From assembly GCA_049840815.1 (NCBI GenBank), contig JASGJI010000017.1, positions 344,133-408,132 on the forward strand: a stretch of 64,000 nucleotides of DNA. Reading direction: 5' to 3'. Of the stretch, positions 22,102 to 31,900 are shown piece after piece (the first letter of the stretch is position 1; each line of letters begins with the position of its first letter). Under the pieces are notes generated by a model. It was given only the letters and a program-made list of their open reading frames with translations, was not told the DNA's origin and did no database searches. Source of the stretch: Thermomicrobiales bacterium (lineage in GTDB: Bacteria; Chloroflexota; Chloroflexia; Thermomicrobiales; UBA6265). The position numbers and the translations under genes were made by a program.

Positions 22102-22554
22102 ATGAGCGAGCGGGACGATATTGGCGTGATTCTGGCCTTCCACACGCTGCTGGAGGCGCGCGATATGCCGGGATTGCTGGCGTTGGCGACGGACGACATC
22201 GGTGTTGGTGGCGGGCGTGGCCGGGGCGAGGGGAAGGAGTTCTTTGCCGAGTGGGTGCGTTTCGCGACGATCTCGCTCACACCGCGTCGCTGGTTCCGGC
22301 AGGTGACGGTGGAGCGATCGGGGCGGCATGGGATGCCGGACGAGCATGCCAGCACGGTCGTGGTTGAGGAGGACGCCATCTGGCGGTCGCCGTCATCCGG
22401 ACGGGAGATGGGGACGATGCGTTTCGCCACGATCTACGAGATCGAGAATGGGCATCTGCGCAGCATCGCGCGGTATGGCAACATCGGTGAGGCCGTGACG
22501 ACCGCCGGGTTCTACCCGGAAAACGAGATTGACGCTGCTGATATCGAGGCGTGA
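22102..22554 (+). CDS. hypothetical protein (possibly NTF2/SnoaL-like fold)
   Basis: 150-aa ORF in coding-like context. The assignment is weak and rests only on length and pattern. Confidence 0.35.
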   Translation: MSERDDIGVILAFHTLLEARDMPGLLALATDDIGVGGGRGRGEGKEFFAEWVRFATISLTPRRWFRQVTVERSGRHGMPDEHASTVVVEEDAIWRSPSSGREMGTMRFATIYEIENGHLRSIARYGNIGEAVTTAGFYPENEIDAADIEA

Positions 22555-22739
22555 TCGGGTCCCTTCCGGATCGGCGCAGAGATGTGGCATATGGTCGTTC
22601 CTGTAGCGCGAACGCTGGGCAGGCGATTGCCTCGGCGGAATCGTTCGTGGACCAGTCATCTGCCATACTTTCCGGTAATGGTGACGCTCCGTGGCGCAGG
22701 ACTCGCCTGCGATCGATCTCTGCCAGCGAATGGACCTGC

Positions 22740-23357
22740 ATGAATGACCCCCAATCGCCCGGTCAACCGCCGCCCGTCGCATCCGATCGTCGGGGAAAGC
22801 GCATTCGGGAAACCCGGCGGTCGATCCAGGAAACGGCCATGTCGCTCTTTGCGGAGCGCGGCTACGACGATGTGACGGTCGAGGAGATCGCCGCCGCAGC
22901 GGGTGTTTCGCACATGACGGTCTTCCGTCACTTCGCGACGAAGAGCGCGCTGGTCTTCTACGGCGAGTACGATGATCAGATGCTGGACATGCTGCGTGTC
23001 TGGCCGACGACGACGACCGTTCCGGCCATGGTCTTCTCGGTCTATCGCGAGGCGATCGGGGTGTGGCTTGGCAGCGGTGATGAACTCACCGCGGCACAGA
23101 TGCGCGTGGTGAACGCGACGCCGGCGTTGCAGGGTGCCATCTGGGCCGAGACGCTCGCGTTTCGCAATGCCGCCGTGGAGGTTCTGCTGGATCGATTCGG
23201 CGCCGATGTCGATCCGTTTGCCATGCGCGTGCTGATGGCGACGGTCACGGCGACTTCCATGATGGCGCTCCTGCAATGGGCCGCTGCCGATGGGGCGCTG
23301 GAGATCGCGCCCTTGCTCGATCAGGCGCTTGGGGTTCTGGCCGAGATCGTGCGCTGA
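22740..23357 (+). CDS. TetR/AcrR family transcriptional regulator
   Basis: TetR HTH: IQETAMSLFAERGYDDVTVEEIAAAAGVSHMTVFRHFATKSAL. Confidence 0.8.
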   Translation: MNDPQSPGQPPPVASDRRGKRIRETRRSIQETAMSLFAERGYDDVTVEEIAAAAGVSHMTVFRHFATKSALVFYGEYDDQMLDMLRVWPTTTTVPAMVFSVYREAIGVWLGSGDELTAAQMRVVNATPALQGAIWAETLAFRNAAVEVLLDRFGADVDPFAMRVLMATVTATSMMALLQWAAADGALEIAPLLDQALGVLAEIVR

Positions 23358-23427
23358 GCGGACGCTCTCGCTGTACGGTGCATGCAGATGGTTACCCAGG
23401 GCGCGCTACCCATGTGATTCTTCGCTA

Positions 23428-23928
23428 TCACAGCGCGCGGTGATCCGTCGCGATGGCGGCGAGTCCTACCGCTGTGCAGTCCTCCAGCACGGCGACGGGG
23501 AAATCCGGGAGACCACTCTTCTTCACGATCGTCTTCCTGGCCCAATACCCGCCGAATGATCCGGCGATGGCCCCCACGGCACCGAGCGTGGCTCCGGTCA
23601 TGACGCCGCGCTTGCCGCCATCGCTGCCGATCGCCGCCCCGGCGAGCATGCCGGAGGCGACCCGTCCCGCCAGCGAGCCAGGTTCGAGGCGGGATGGTGT
23701 GGTCGGCAGCTTGTCCCCCACGAACTCCCCGAACATCCCAGCGACCAAGGCCACCCGGCCGACTGGCCACCGATAGGGGGGCCAGGTCGCCCATCGTGCC
23801 GCGCTTGCCGGTTGACGGAGCGCGAGGATGCCACTTGGCGTCGCCGCCCGTGATCCCGCCGCGACGCCGAGCAGGATGGCGCGGAGCGCGATGTCGCTGG
23901 GGCCTGATGAGATGGAACGGGCAGGCAT
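23428..23928 (-). CDS. DUF4126-like membrane protein
   Basis: GEFVGDKLPTTPSRLEPGSLAGRVASGMLAGAA plus Gly-rich TM segments. Internal ATG at 23928 chosen. Confidence 0.55.
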   Translation of the reverse strand: MPARSISSGPSDIALRAILLGVAAGSRAATPSGILALRQPASAARWATWPPYRWPVGRVALVAGMFGEFVGDKLPTTPSRLEPGSLAGRVASGMLAGAAIGSDGGKRGVMTGATLGAVGAIAGSFGGYWARKTIVKKSGLPDFPVAVLEDCTAVGLAAIATDHRAL

Positions 23929-24144
23929 GCGGAACTCCTTGCCGGATGATGGACGCGAACGGATCGCAGATGTTTTCGCCATTGTCGCATCCATACTCGA
24001 TTGATCCGCGTGGCATTTCGACAATACGGGTAGTTTCCCGTACGATCGGTAGGGTCAAGGACAAATTGTGTCCCGCTGTGGGACGCTGTGTGGGGTCTGC
24101 GTGGGAGTGGCAATGGCTTGCTCCCGGTTCCTGGGAGGATGACG

Positions 24145-26301
24145 ATGGCAAGACGGTGGGGATTCGCAGCGCTTGCGTTGCTCATGGCGGCGATGTCGAG
24201 TCCATTCATGGTGTTCGCGCAGTCCGCGACGCCTGAGACGGGCTCGGCGGCAAAGGGGGTCGTGTCGGATGTCACCGGCATCGACCTGACGGGCATCGTG
24301 GCGACGGCGAGCAATTGCTCGTTCATCAGCGTGGCTGGCCAGCCGCTGGTGACGGAGGATCTCGGGGAGGTCGCGTGTGGCACGGTCGCGGTGCCGGAGA
24401 ACTGGACGAATCCGGGAGCCCGGACCCTGAAGATCAGCTACGTGGTGCTCAAGTCGTTCAGCGAAACGCCAGAGGCCGACCCTGTGGTCTATCTGGAAGG
24501 TGGCCCGGGTGGCTCGGCGCTCGCGGGGGTCTCCATGATGGCGGAGATCTTCCAGGTGCAGCGCGAGACGCGCGACATTGTGCTCTTCGATCAGCGGGGC
24601 ACACAGTTCTCGTCGCCCCTCATCTGCAGTGCCCTCACCATCGACGACGCGGTCTCTTCGTTCGCGTCTCCGGAGGTGGCGATCGAGGAGCCGGAGGAGA
24701 CTCCGGAGGTCGTCGGGCCGGTGGACCTCTCTCCCTCCACCGATGTCGAGGGGATGATGGCGGATGCACGGGCGCAGGTAGGGGACAAGACCGCTCGCTG
24801 TGTGGCCGAACTGCTGGGCAAGGGCATCGACCTGCGCCAGTACAACAGCATCGCGAATGCCAACGACACCGTGGCGCTGGTGAATGCCCTCGGTTATGAG
24901 ACCTACAACCTCTACGGCATCTCCTACGGGACTCGCCTGGCGCTGGTCCTGATGCGCGACCATCCGGAAGGCATTCGCTCGGTCGTGCTCGATTCGACCT
25001 TCCCGCCGGAAATCCACGGGTTCGAGCTCTATCCGAAGGAGGCTGAGGAGGTTGTGCTCCAGGTCTTCGCGGATTGCCGCATCGATCCGTCCTGCAACGC
25101 CGCCTATCCGAACCTGAAGGAGCGCTTCAGCGCCCTGATCGATGCCATGCAGGAGCAGCCGCTCGAGATCGCCGATGGGCGCATCGTCACCGCGCTCGAT
25201 GTGATCGAGGTCATGCGGAACATCGCCTTCGCGACCGACACGGCGGCGTATATCCCGCGCATGATCGCGGAACTGGAGCAGGGAGAGACGGAGACCTACG
25301 ATGTGATCGTCGGGGGGCTGCTGTTCCAGCAGGAAGGCATTCCGGTCGACGCGGAGGATGGAGACATGGTCGCCACGCCGGAGGTGGTCGAGGCGGAGAC
25401 GGCCGCCACGCCGACGGACGACGTGTCGCAGGTGACGGCGGACGCGGACGAAGCCGCCGCTGCGCCGCCAATCGACCTCATCCCGGACGCGGGTGCCGAT
25501 GGCCAGCCGTTGACGCCAGCCGAGCTTTTCATCGACGACGTGCAGGTTCGCCTCGGGCACCTCGATCCCGAGCGGCAGGACATGGCGATCTCCCTGCTCA
25601 TCACCCTGGACAAGATGCCACACACGGCGGACACCCTGACCGGGTTCGTGAACGCCGTCTTCGCCGGGCCGGACTACGCGCGGGACCGCGCGGCGCTGCT
25701 CGAAGAAATCGCGAGCCTGAGTTCGTCGGATCTGGAGGGGGTCTTTGCGATCACCAGCCAGCAGATCGACTTCATCGATATCGTGACCTTCGGCAGCTCG
25801 GACACGGCGTTCAATTCGGTGGAATGCAATGAGGAGATCCCGTTCGAGTCGTTCGCGAAGACGGTCCAGAATGCGCAGAACCTGGAGATCCCGGAACTGG
25901 CCTATGGCATCTCCGAAGGGATCGCCCGGCAGTTCGCCATCTGCGAGCAGTGGCCATCGGGGCGCGCCCCGGACTTCGAGAACGATCCGGTGGTCAGCGA
26001 CATCCCGACACTCATCCTTGGCGGCGAATACGACTTCCAGACACCGCTTTCGTGGAACAAGGAGGCGTTCGTCAATCTGGCCAATGCCTACTTCGTGCAG
26101 TTCCCAAGCACGGGGCATGGGGTGATCCTGCCGACGGATTGCGCCAAGAACGTGGCACAGCAGTTCATCGACGTCCCGTTTCTCGCACCGGTCGCGAGCT
26201 GCGCGGACGACCTGTGGCCGGCGTGGTCGCTTCCCGGCGATCCGCTGCCGCAGCCGTACTGGGTCGAGGAGAGCACCCCGGTCGCGTCGCCGGCGAGCTG
26301 A
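24145..26301 (+). CDS. secreted alpha/beta hydrolase (S33/TAP-like aminopeptidase family) with an acidic insertion
   Basis: Signal peptide MARRWGFAALALLMAAMSSPFMVFA. Motifs YLEGGPGGSA and the nucleophile elbow GISYGT. Low-complexity acidic segment around aa 420-470. Confidence 0.75.
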   Translation: MARRWGFAALALLMAAMSSPFMVFAQSATPETGSAAKGVVSDVTGIDLTGIVATASNCSFISVAGQPLVTEDLGEVACGTVAVPENWTNPGARTLKISYVVLKSFSETPEADPVVYLEGGPGGSALAGVSMMAEIFQVQRETRDIVLFDQRGTQFSSPLICSALTIDDAVSSFASPEVAIEEPEETPEVVGPVDLSPSTDVEGMMADARAQVGDKTARCVAELLGKGIDLRQYNSIANANDTVALVNALGYETYNLYGISYGTRLALVLMRDHPEGIRSVVLDSTFPPEIHGFELYPKEAEEVVLQVFADCRIDPSCNAAYPNLKERFSALIDAMQEQPLEIADGRIVTALDVIEVMRNIAFATDTAAYIPRMIAELEQGETETYDVIVGGLLFQQEGIPVDAEDGDMVATPEVVEAETAATPTDDVSQVTADADEAAAAPPIDLIPDAGADGQPLTPAELFIDDVQVRLGHLDPERQDMAISLLITLDKMPHTADTLTGFVNAVFAGPDYARDRAALLEEIASLSSSDLEGVFAITSQQIDFIDIVTFGSSDTAFNSVECNEEIPFESFAKTVQNAQNLEIPELAYGISEGIARQFAICEQWPSGRAPDFENDPVVSDIPTLILGGEYDFQTPLSWNKEAFVNLANAYFVQFPSTGHGVILPTDCAKNVAQQFIDVPFLAPVASCADDLWPAWSLPGDPLPQPYWVEESTPVASPAS

Positions 26302-26323
26302 TCGCGACATCGATGATGACGGC

Positions 26324-26363
26324 ATAAAGAGACGCGGCTCCGATCGGAGCCGCGTCTCTTTAT
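26324..26363. terminator. bidirectional terminator hairpin
   Basis: ataaagagacgcggctcc-gatc-ggagccgcgtctctttat forms a perfect 18-bp stem with A/T-rich flanks, between convergent genes. Confidence 0.7.
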
Positions 26364-26381
26364 GTGATCCTGGGGCGGTGG

Positions 26382-27095
26382 TTACAGGGCGCGTTCGATC
26401 TTGCGCCAGGTGAGCGCGCTGGGGATGACGTCGCCATCGACGCGCACGCCGTCTTCAAGCGCTGCCCAGGCGTCTTCGAGCGACGGCTTATCGGTTGTGT
26501 AGGTCAGGTAGAGCCATGCGTCGTCGCTGAGCGCAATGGTCCGGTAGATGACGTAGTAGACCGTGCCATCGTCCTCATTCTCGAGCGTGAACAGGGCTTC
26601 GGCCACGATGTCATCAGCATTGGAGACCACGACGTCCGCGACGTAATTGTCCCTCCACTGCGTGGTGAGGAAGTCGTCGCTGCTCCAATGGTCGGTCAGA
26701 TCCTCCATGGCGTCGACATCGGCAGGCGTGCCAAAGTTGAGGGTGAGCAGACCGTAGTGGTCGCCATCTTCCCACAGCAGGCGAATCAGGTCGTATTCGC
26801 AATCCTCGTTCGACGTGATGGGGAAGTCGGCTTCCTCGTCGACCACCCAGTCGCGATCCCAGTCGGCACCGACGCCAAATTGCGGGCTCTCGTACTCCCG
26901 GCGACCGATCAGGCCGTAGTCCTCCCACTCGTCCTTGTCGATGGCGACAGGCGAGCAGTCAGCGGAGTCGGTCGCCTTGTCATCAGCAGTGGACGCCGCA
27001 ACCGGAGCGGCGACCATCAGCGACGATCCCGTGGTCAGGATCAGGATGAACACGGCGAGGAACCGTGACAGCAGTCGGAATGGATTCGAGGACAT
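26382..27095 (-). CDS. hypothetical secreted protein
   Basis: The ATG lies 7 nt after AAGGAG. N-terminal signal/TM FRLLSRFLAVFILILTTGSSLMVAAPVAA. Acidic, Trp/Asp-rich body with no recognised domain. Confidence 0.5.
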   Translation of the reverse strand: MSSNPFRLLSRFLAVFILILTTGSSLMVAAPVAASTADDKATDSADCSPVAIDKDEWEDYGLIGRREYESPQFGVGADWDRDWVVDEEADFPITSNEDCEYDLIRLLWEDGDHYGLLTLNFGTPADVDAMEDLTDHWSSDDFLTTQWRDNYVADVVVSNADDIVAEALFTLENEDDGTVYYVIYRTIALSDDAWLYLTYTTDKPSLEDAWAALEDGVRVDGDVIPSALTWRKIERAL

Positions 27096-27495
27096 GGACA
27101 CATCTCCTTGGATCGCGACCGGCTTGCTGCCGGACGATACGAACGGATACCACCACCGAGACATGGAGAATGGGGCGTAGGGATCGATCCTGTTGCTATC
27201 CGGTAGACGCCGAAGAGGCCGATGATGTTCCCGCTTGGCGTGATTGGGGTCGATTTACGCCATTCCATCAAACGACGCGGCAATCCCGACGTTATCCATG
27301 CCGACACCGGGTTCCGGCTTCGCCGGGAGGTGGCTCGCTTCGCGCGGGGCCGCGCTGCGCTCAAGGCCAGCGTGCGCGTTTGCTTCCTGTAGGGGCGATC
27401 CTTGTGATCGTCTGAGGTTCTATGCAGCACTTCGGGCGATCTCAACGCGGGATGCTTCGGCGCGTATGGCAGGCGACGAGTCCGGCCATGAACCC

Positions 27496-27511
27496 AGCAT
27501 GCGATTGCCCT
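27496..27511. repeat. copy of the 16-nt core repeat agcatgcgattgccct
   Basis: The exact 16-mer recurs at 54225-54240 and, inverted, at 54100-54115. Confidence 0.5.
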
Positions 27512-27607
27512 GCTGGCAGGCGGGGACGTCTTGACGTTATGGATGAAACCGCTATCGTATGGGAAGCATCAAGCTGCATGCGATTTCTCACACGTTGGGG
27601 GAGACCG

Positions 27608-28960
27608 ATGAACGACGAGATCAGCACCACCGTATCGAACGCACCGGCCATGTCGCGCACGGCGAGCCGCCGAACGATGGTGAAGGGCGCTGCTGCCAGT
27701 GCCGCCATCGCCGCGCTGGGCATGACGGTATCCCGCGCCGGGGCGCAGGCGACCCCGGAAGCGTCGCCTGCCGTCGCGGCGATCACGCCTTACGACGGCG
27801 AAGAGGCGAAGGTCACCTACGGATTCTGGGACACCGCCCAGGAGCCGGCGGTCGATCAGCAGATCGCCGCGTTCAACGCCGTCTTCCCGAAGATCACCAT
27901 CGAGAAGCAGATCGTGCCGTGGGCCGACTACTGGACGCAGCTGCAGACGGCGGTGGCTGGCGGCTCGACGTTCGATACCCTGTGGATGAACGTCGCCAAC
28001 TTCCCGACCTACGCCTCCGCTGGCGCGCTGCTGCCGATCACGCAGATCATCGGCGGCGACGGCATCGCCGTCGATGATCTGCCGCAGACGCTCGTCGAAT
28101 CGTATTCCTACGAGGGTGTGCAGTACGGCGTGCCCCGCGACTTCGACGCCATCGCCATCTACTACAACAAGACGCTCTTCGATAACGCGGGCGTTGCCTA
28201 TCCAACGGAAGAGTGGACGTGGGACGATTTTCGCGCTGCCGCCGAAAAGCTGACCAACAAGGACGCCGGGATCTGGGGCGCTGGCATGCAGACCAGCTTC
28301 CAGGAGAACTGGATCAACTTCGTCTACCAGAACGATGGCACGCTGCTCAATGCCGACCTCACCGAGGTCGTGCTGGGCGAGCCTGCCGGTGACGAGGCGA
28401 TCCAGTACATCACTGGCTTCTTCACGGACGAACTGACGCCGTCGATTGCCATCCAGCAGTCGAATCCGGTCGCGGAGACGCTCTTCCCGGCGGGGCAGGT
28501 CGCGTTCATCCCGGCCGGATCGTTCCGCGCCGCGACGTACGGCGCGCTCGATCTCGATCTGGGGGTCGCCCCGCTGCCGACCGGCAAGAAGAAGGCGACG
28601 ATCACGCACGGCGTGTCGAACGTCATCTGGCAGGGCGCCAGCAATCCGGGTGCCGCGCTGGAATGGGTGAAGTGGCTCCACGGCCAGGAGGCAGAGGAGA
28701 TCCTCGGCAAGAGCGGCGCGACGATTCCGGCGCTTGCAGGGACGCAGCAGGGCTGGGTCGATGCCTTCCCGAAGCTCGACCTGCAGATCTTCGTCGATTC
28801 GGCCCAGGACTTCGGCTTCAGCTTCCTGTGGCCGCAGGACGCGGGTGACTGGCTGACCGCCGTGCAGGATGTGCTGGTGGATGGCTGGGCTGGGAACGTG
28901 CCAGCGGCGGAGATCGCGGCGAAGGCGACCGACGCGGGCAACGCCATCCTCAAGGGGTAG
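27608..28960 (+). CDS. ABC transporter substrate-binding protein (sugar, family 1), Tat-type signal
   Basis: Signal SRRTMVKGAAASAAIAALGM. Family-1 SBP features (YGFWDTAQEP..., WMNVANFPTYA). ATG follows GGGGAG. Confidence 0.85.
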   Translation: MNDEISTTVSNAPAMSRTASRRTMVKGAAASAAIAALGMTVSRAGAQATPEASPAVAAITPYDGEEAKVTYGFWDTAQEPAVDQQIAAFNAVFPKITIEKQIVPWADYWTQLQTAVAGGSTFDTLWMNVANFPTYASAGALLPITQIIGGDGIAVDDLPQTLVESYSYEGVQYGVPRDFDAIAIYYNKTLFDNAGVAYPTEEWTWDDFRAAAEKLTNKDAGIWGAGMQTSFQENWINFVYQNDGTLLNADLTEVVLGEPAGDEAIQYITGFFTDELTPSIAIQQSNPVAETLFPAGQVAFIPAGSFRAATYGALDLDLGVAPLPTGKKKATITHGVSNVIWQGASNPGAALEWVKWLHGQEAEEILGKSGATIPALAGTQQGWVDAFPKLDLQIFVDSAQDFGFSFLWPQDAGDWLTAVQDVLVDGWAGNVPAAEIAAKATDAGNAILKG

Positions 28961-29104
28961 CATCGACGTCGATGAAGGTGTCGGACCAGCGGGTACCATG
29001 GAGGTGCCCGCTGGTTCCCCATTTCATGACGCAACGGACTGTGCTGGCGCGCTCCGACGCCGGAGTTTGCCGGCACGGTCATCACACGGGACTCGGATGC
29101 CGCG

Positions 29105-30046
29105 ATGAGTACGACCACAACCCCTTCCACGACACCGGTCGCGATCCCGACCGAAGGCGATCGTCCCCGCAAGCGCTTCCTCTCCATGGAGGCGCGGTGG
29201 GGGTATCTCATGATCGCGCCCTTGGTGATTGGCTTCGCGGTCTTTTTCCTGATCGCGCTGGGATGGTCGTTCGTCCTCAGCTTCACCGAATGGACGCTTC
29301 CGAAATCGCCGGCCTGGATTGGCATCCGCAACTATCAGGATGTCCTGCACGACGCGGCGTTCCGCACGGCCCTGCGCAACACCTTCGCGATCGCGGTGCC
29401 GTTGATCATCCTGCGGCTGGTGCTGGCGTTGCTGCTCGCGGTGGCGCTGAACGCGAAGATCCGGTTCCGCAACGTCTATCGCCTGCTCTTCTTCCTGCCG
29501 GTGCTGACGATGCCGGTGGCGACCGGGCGAATCTGGAAATGGCTGTTCGATCCGGGATTCGGGCCGATCAATGCCTTCCTCCGGCAGCTGGGGCTGCCCC
29601 AGCCTGACTGGCTGCTCTATCCCGGCTCGGCCACCATCGCCGTGATCATCGTGCTGCTCTGGAGTTCCGTCGGCTACGACATGATCATCTACCTCTCCGG
29701 GTTGCAGGCGATCCCGAAGGACTACTACGACGCCGCCGCGGTGGATGGCGCGGGCGGTTGGCGGAGTTTTCGCGACATCACAATCCCGATGCTTTCGCCG
29801 ACGATCTTCTTCCTGTCGGTGATCGGGGTGATCGGATCGCTCCAGGTCTTCGACCTGGTGTACGTGATGACGCGGGTCGATACCACCAACCGGCTGCCGA
29901 CAGCGGTCTACTACATCTACGACACCGGGTTCGCAGACCGGCAGATGGGATATGCCACGGCGCTGGCGTGGGTGTTGCTGGTCATCATTCTCCTGTTCAC
30001 GCTGGTCCAGTTCCGGCTTCAGCGAAGGTGGGTCCACTACGCATGA
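29105..30046 (+). CDS. carbohydrate ABC transporter permease (MalF-like)
   Basis: Six predicted TM segments and the EAA-loop region DYYDAAAVDGAGGWRSFRDITIPML. Confidence 0.85.
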   Translation: MSTTTTPSTTPVAIPTEGDRPRKRFLSMEARWGYLMIAPLVIGFAVFFLIALGWSFVLSFTEWTLPKSPAWIGIRNYQDVLHDAAFRTALRNTFAIAVPLIILRLVLALLLAVALNAKIRFRNVYRLLFFLPVLTMPVATGRIWKWLFDPGFGPINAFLRQLGLPQPDWLLYPGSATIAVIIVLLWSSVGYDMIIYLSGLQAIPKDYYDAAAVDGAGGWRSFRDITIPMLSPTIFFLSVIGVIGSLQVFDLVYVMTRVDTTNRLPTAVYYIYDTGFADRQMGYATALAWVLLVIILLFTLVQFRLQRRWVHYA

Positions 30047-30879
30047 CCAGTCACAAGACCCTTCCCTGGTATCTGGGACGCATCGCGCTGCATGGCGCAT
30101 TGATCTCGCTGGCGATCATCTTCATGCTGCCCTTCGCATGGTCGCTCTCGACCTCATTGAAGCCGTTCGGGGATCTGTTTTCGCCGAATCCGAAGTTCCT
30201 GCCGAGCCACATCGTGTGGGAGAACTACCGGACCGTCTTCGAGAAGAGCGATTTCGGGCGCTTCTACCTGAACTCGATCATCGTCTCCGTTGGGCGGACC
30301 GTCGGGCAGGTGGCGATCGCCTCAGCGGCGGCGTTTGCCTTCGCGAACCTGCGCTTCCGGGGCCGCGACGCGATCTTCTTCGTGCTGCTCGCCGGGCTGA
30401 TGGTGCCAGATCAGGTGCTGATCGTGCCGCGCTTCATCATCATGCGGGAGTTCGGCTGGTTCGATACGTATCAGGGCCTGATCGTGCCGCTGATCTTCAG
30501 TTCGTTCGGGGCTTTCATGCTGCGCCAATACTTCCTCGGCATCCCGAAGGACTTCCAGGAGGCGGCGACGATCGAGGGGGCGAACCCGTTGCAGGTCTTC
30601 TGGCAGATCTACCTGCCGCTGGCACGTCCTGCCCTGGCGGCGTTCGGGTTCCTGGCGTTCCTGTCGAGCTGGAACGAATTCCTGTGGGGGCTGACGGTGA
30701 CGAACAGTTCCGACATGCGGGTGATCCCGGTGGGGTTGGCGTTGTTGCAGGGGCAGTATTTCACGAACAACGCGGTGTTGCTGGCGGCGGCGAACCTGGC
30801 GACGATCCCGTTGCTGATCGCGTTCGCGTTCTTTCAGCGGCACCTGGTGGAGGGCATCACGCTCAGCGGCCTGAAGTAG
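30043..30879 (+). CDS. carbohydrate ABC transporter permease (MalG-like)
   Basis: ATGA overlap with the upstream gene (30043-30046). EAA loop FQEAATIEGANPLQVFWQIYLPL. Confidence 0.85.
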   Translation: MTSHKTLPWYLGRIALHGALISLAIIFMLPFAWSLSTSLKPFGDLFSPNPKFLPSHIVWENYRTVFEKSDFGRFYLNSIIVSVGRTVGQVAIASAAAFAFANLRFRGRDAIFFVLLAGLMVPDQVLIVPRFIIMREFGWFDTYQGLIVPLIFSSFGAFMLRQYFLGIPKDFQEAATIEGANPLQVFWQIYLPLARPALAAFGFLAFLSSWNEFLWGLTVTNSSDMRVIPVGLALLQGQYFTNNAVLLAAANLATIPLLIAFAFFQRHLVEGITLSGLK

Positions 30880-30900
30880 CGGTCCGGTGCATTGCGCGGC

Positions 30901-30933
30901 GCAGCGGGCATCCCACGCCGGGATGCCCGCTGC
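30901..30933. terminator. hairpin between the convergent permease and HAD genes
   Basis: gcagcgggcatccc-acgcc-gggatgcccgctgc forms a perfect 14-bp stem. Confidence 0.65.
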
Positions 30934-30947
30934 GTGTGTCCCATGTG

Positions 30948-31634
30948 TCAGAAATGCTGGAGTAGCTCGGGGAACGACGCGATGGTGATCACCCGCTCGT
31001 CGGCGGGATCGAAGTCGGCGTGCTCCAGCTGCCAGGTGTTGTCATTCGGGATGAAGACGGCGCGCATCCCGGCGGCCAGCGCGGGCAGGATGTCCGATTT
31101 TGGCGAGTTGCCGATCATCCACGACTGCGAGCGGTCCAGCTCGCGCCGGGTCGCGAGGTCGTCGTAGACCTGCGCGTCCTTCTCCGGGACGATCACGATC
31201 TCGTCGAAGTAGTGGCCGAGGCCGGAGGCGTCGATCTTCTTTCGCTGGTCCTCCTCGCGGCCCTTGGTGAGCAGCAGGAGTTCGTGCCGCTGGTGGAGGA
31301 AGGCGAGCGTCTCATCGACGCCGGGAACGAGGTCCACGCGCATGGCGATCAGGTCCTGCGCCAGGTCCTCGATGTCGCGGCGCTCGGCCTCGGAGGTCGG
31401 ACGCTCGTTGAGCTGGGCGAAGGTATCGGCCAGGCTTTCGAGGAACCCGCGCACGCCGTATCCGTGGGCGACGACGTTCGCACGTTCGATGTCGTTCAGG
31501 ATGGCGCGGATGGCGGCGTGATCGAGAGTCGGATGGTTCAGCCAGCCGATGAAGTCGTCCACGACCCGTTCGAAGAGGACGTTGTTCTCCCAGAGCGTAT
31601 CGTCAGCGTCGAAGATGAGCGTCTGCGCGTTCAT
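30948..31634 (-). CDS. HAD family hydrolase
   Basis: Motif I FDADDTLW, plus the downstream motifs LLTKG and GNSPKSD. Confidence 0.75.
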   Translation of the reverse strand: MNAQTLIFDADDTLWENNVLFERVVDDFIGWLNHPTLDHAAIRAILNDIERANVVAHGYGVRGFLESLADTFAQLNERPTSEAERRDIEDLAQDLIAMRVDLVPGVDETLAFLHQRHELLLLTKGREEDQRKKIDASGLGHYFDEIVIVPEKDAQVYDDLATRRELDRSQSWMIGNSPKSDILPALAAGMRAVFIPNDNTWQLEHADFDPADERVITIASFPELLQHF

Positions 31635-31900
31635 GGTTGCCCCTGCAGATCCTGCGGCCCGGCTATCGTCGAGGTCATGCTACCACCCCGATTCCCGTCC
31701 AGGGCCGCTCGTGATGCGCAGGTGCATTGCCGATGCAGGGGAATCGCCCATCGGGGCGGCGGCGTGTGGCGCCTTGTCGCATGCCATCTGCCCAGAGACA
31801 GCACATCGTCTATCACTGATGAACCCATCGCACCGCCACTGACCTGCCCAAGACGCTAGTATTGGTGGCGTGACGGGGGACGATGGGCGTGTGATCGGGG

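Noticed and set aside
24055-26325. 756-aa minus-strand ORF
   Set aside because: It is antisense to the secreted alpha/beta hydrolase gene, which has a signal peptide and a GxSxG motif.
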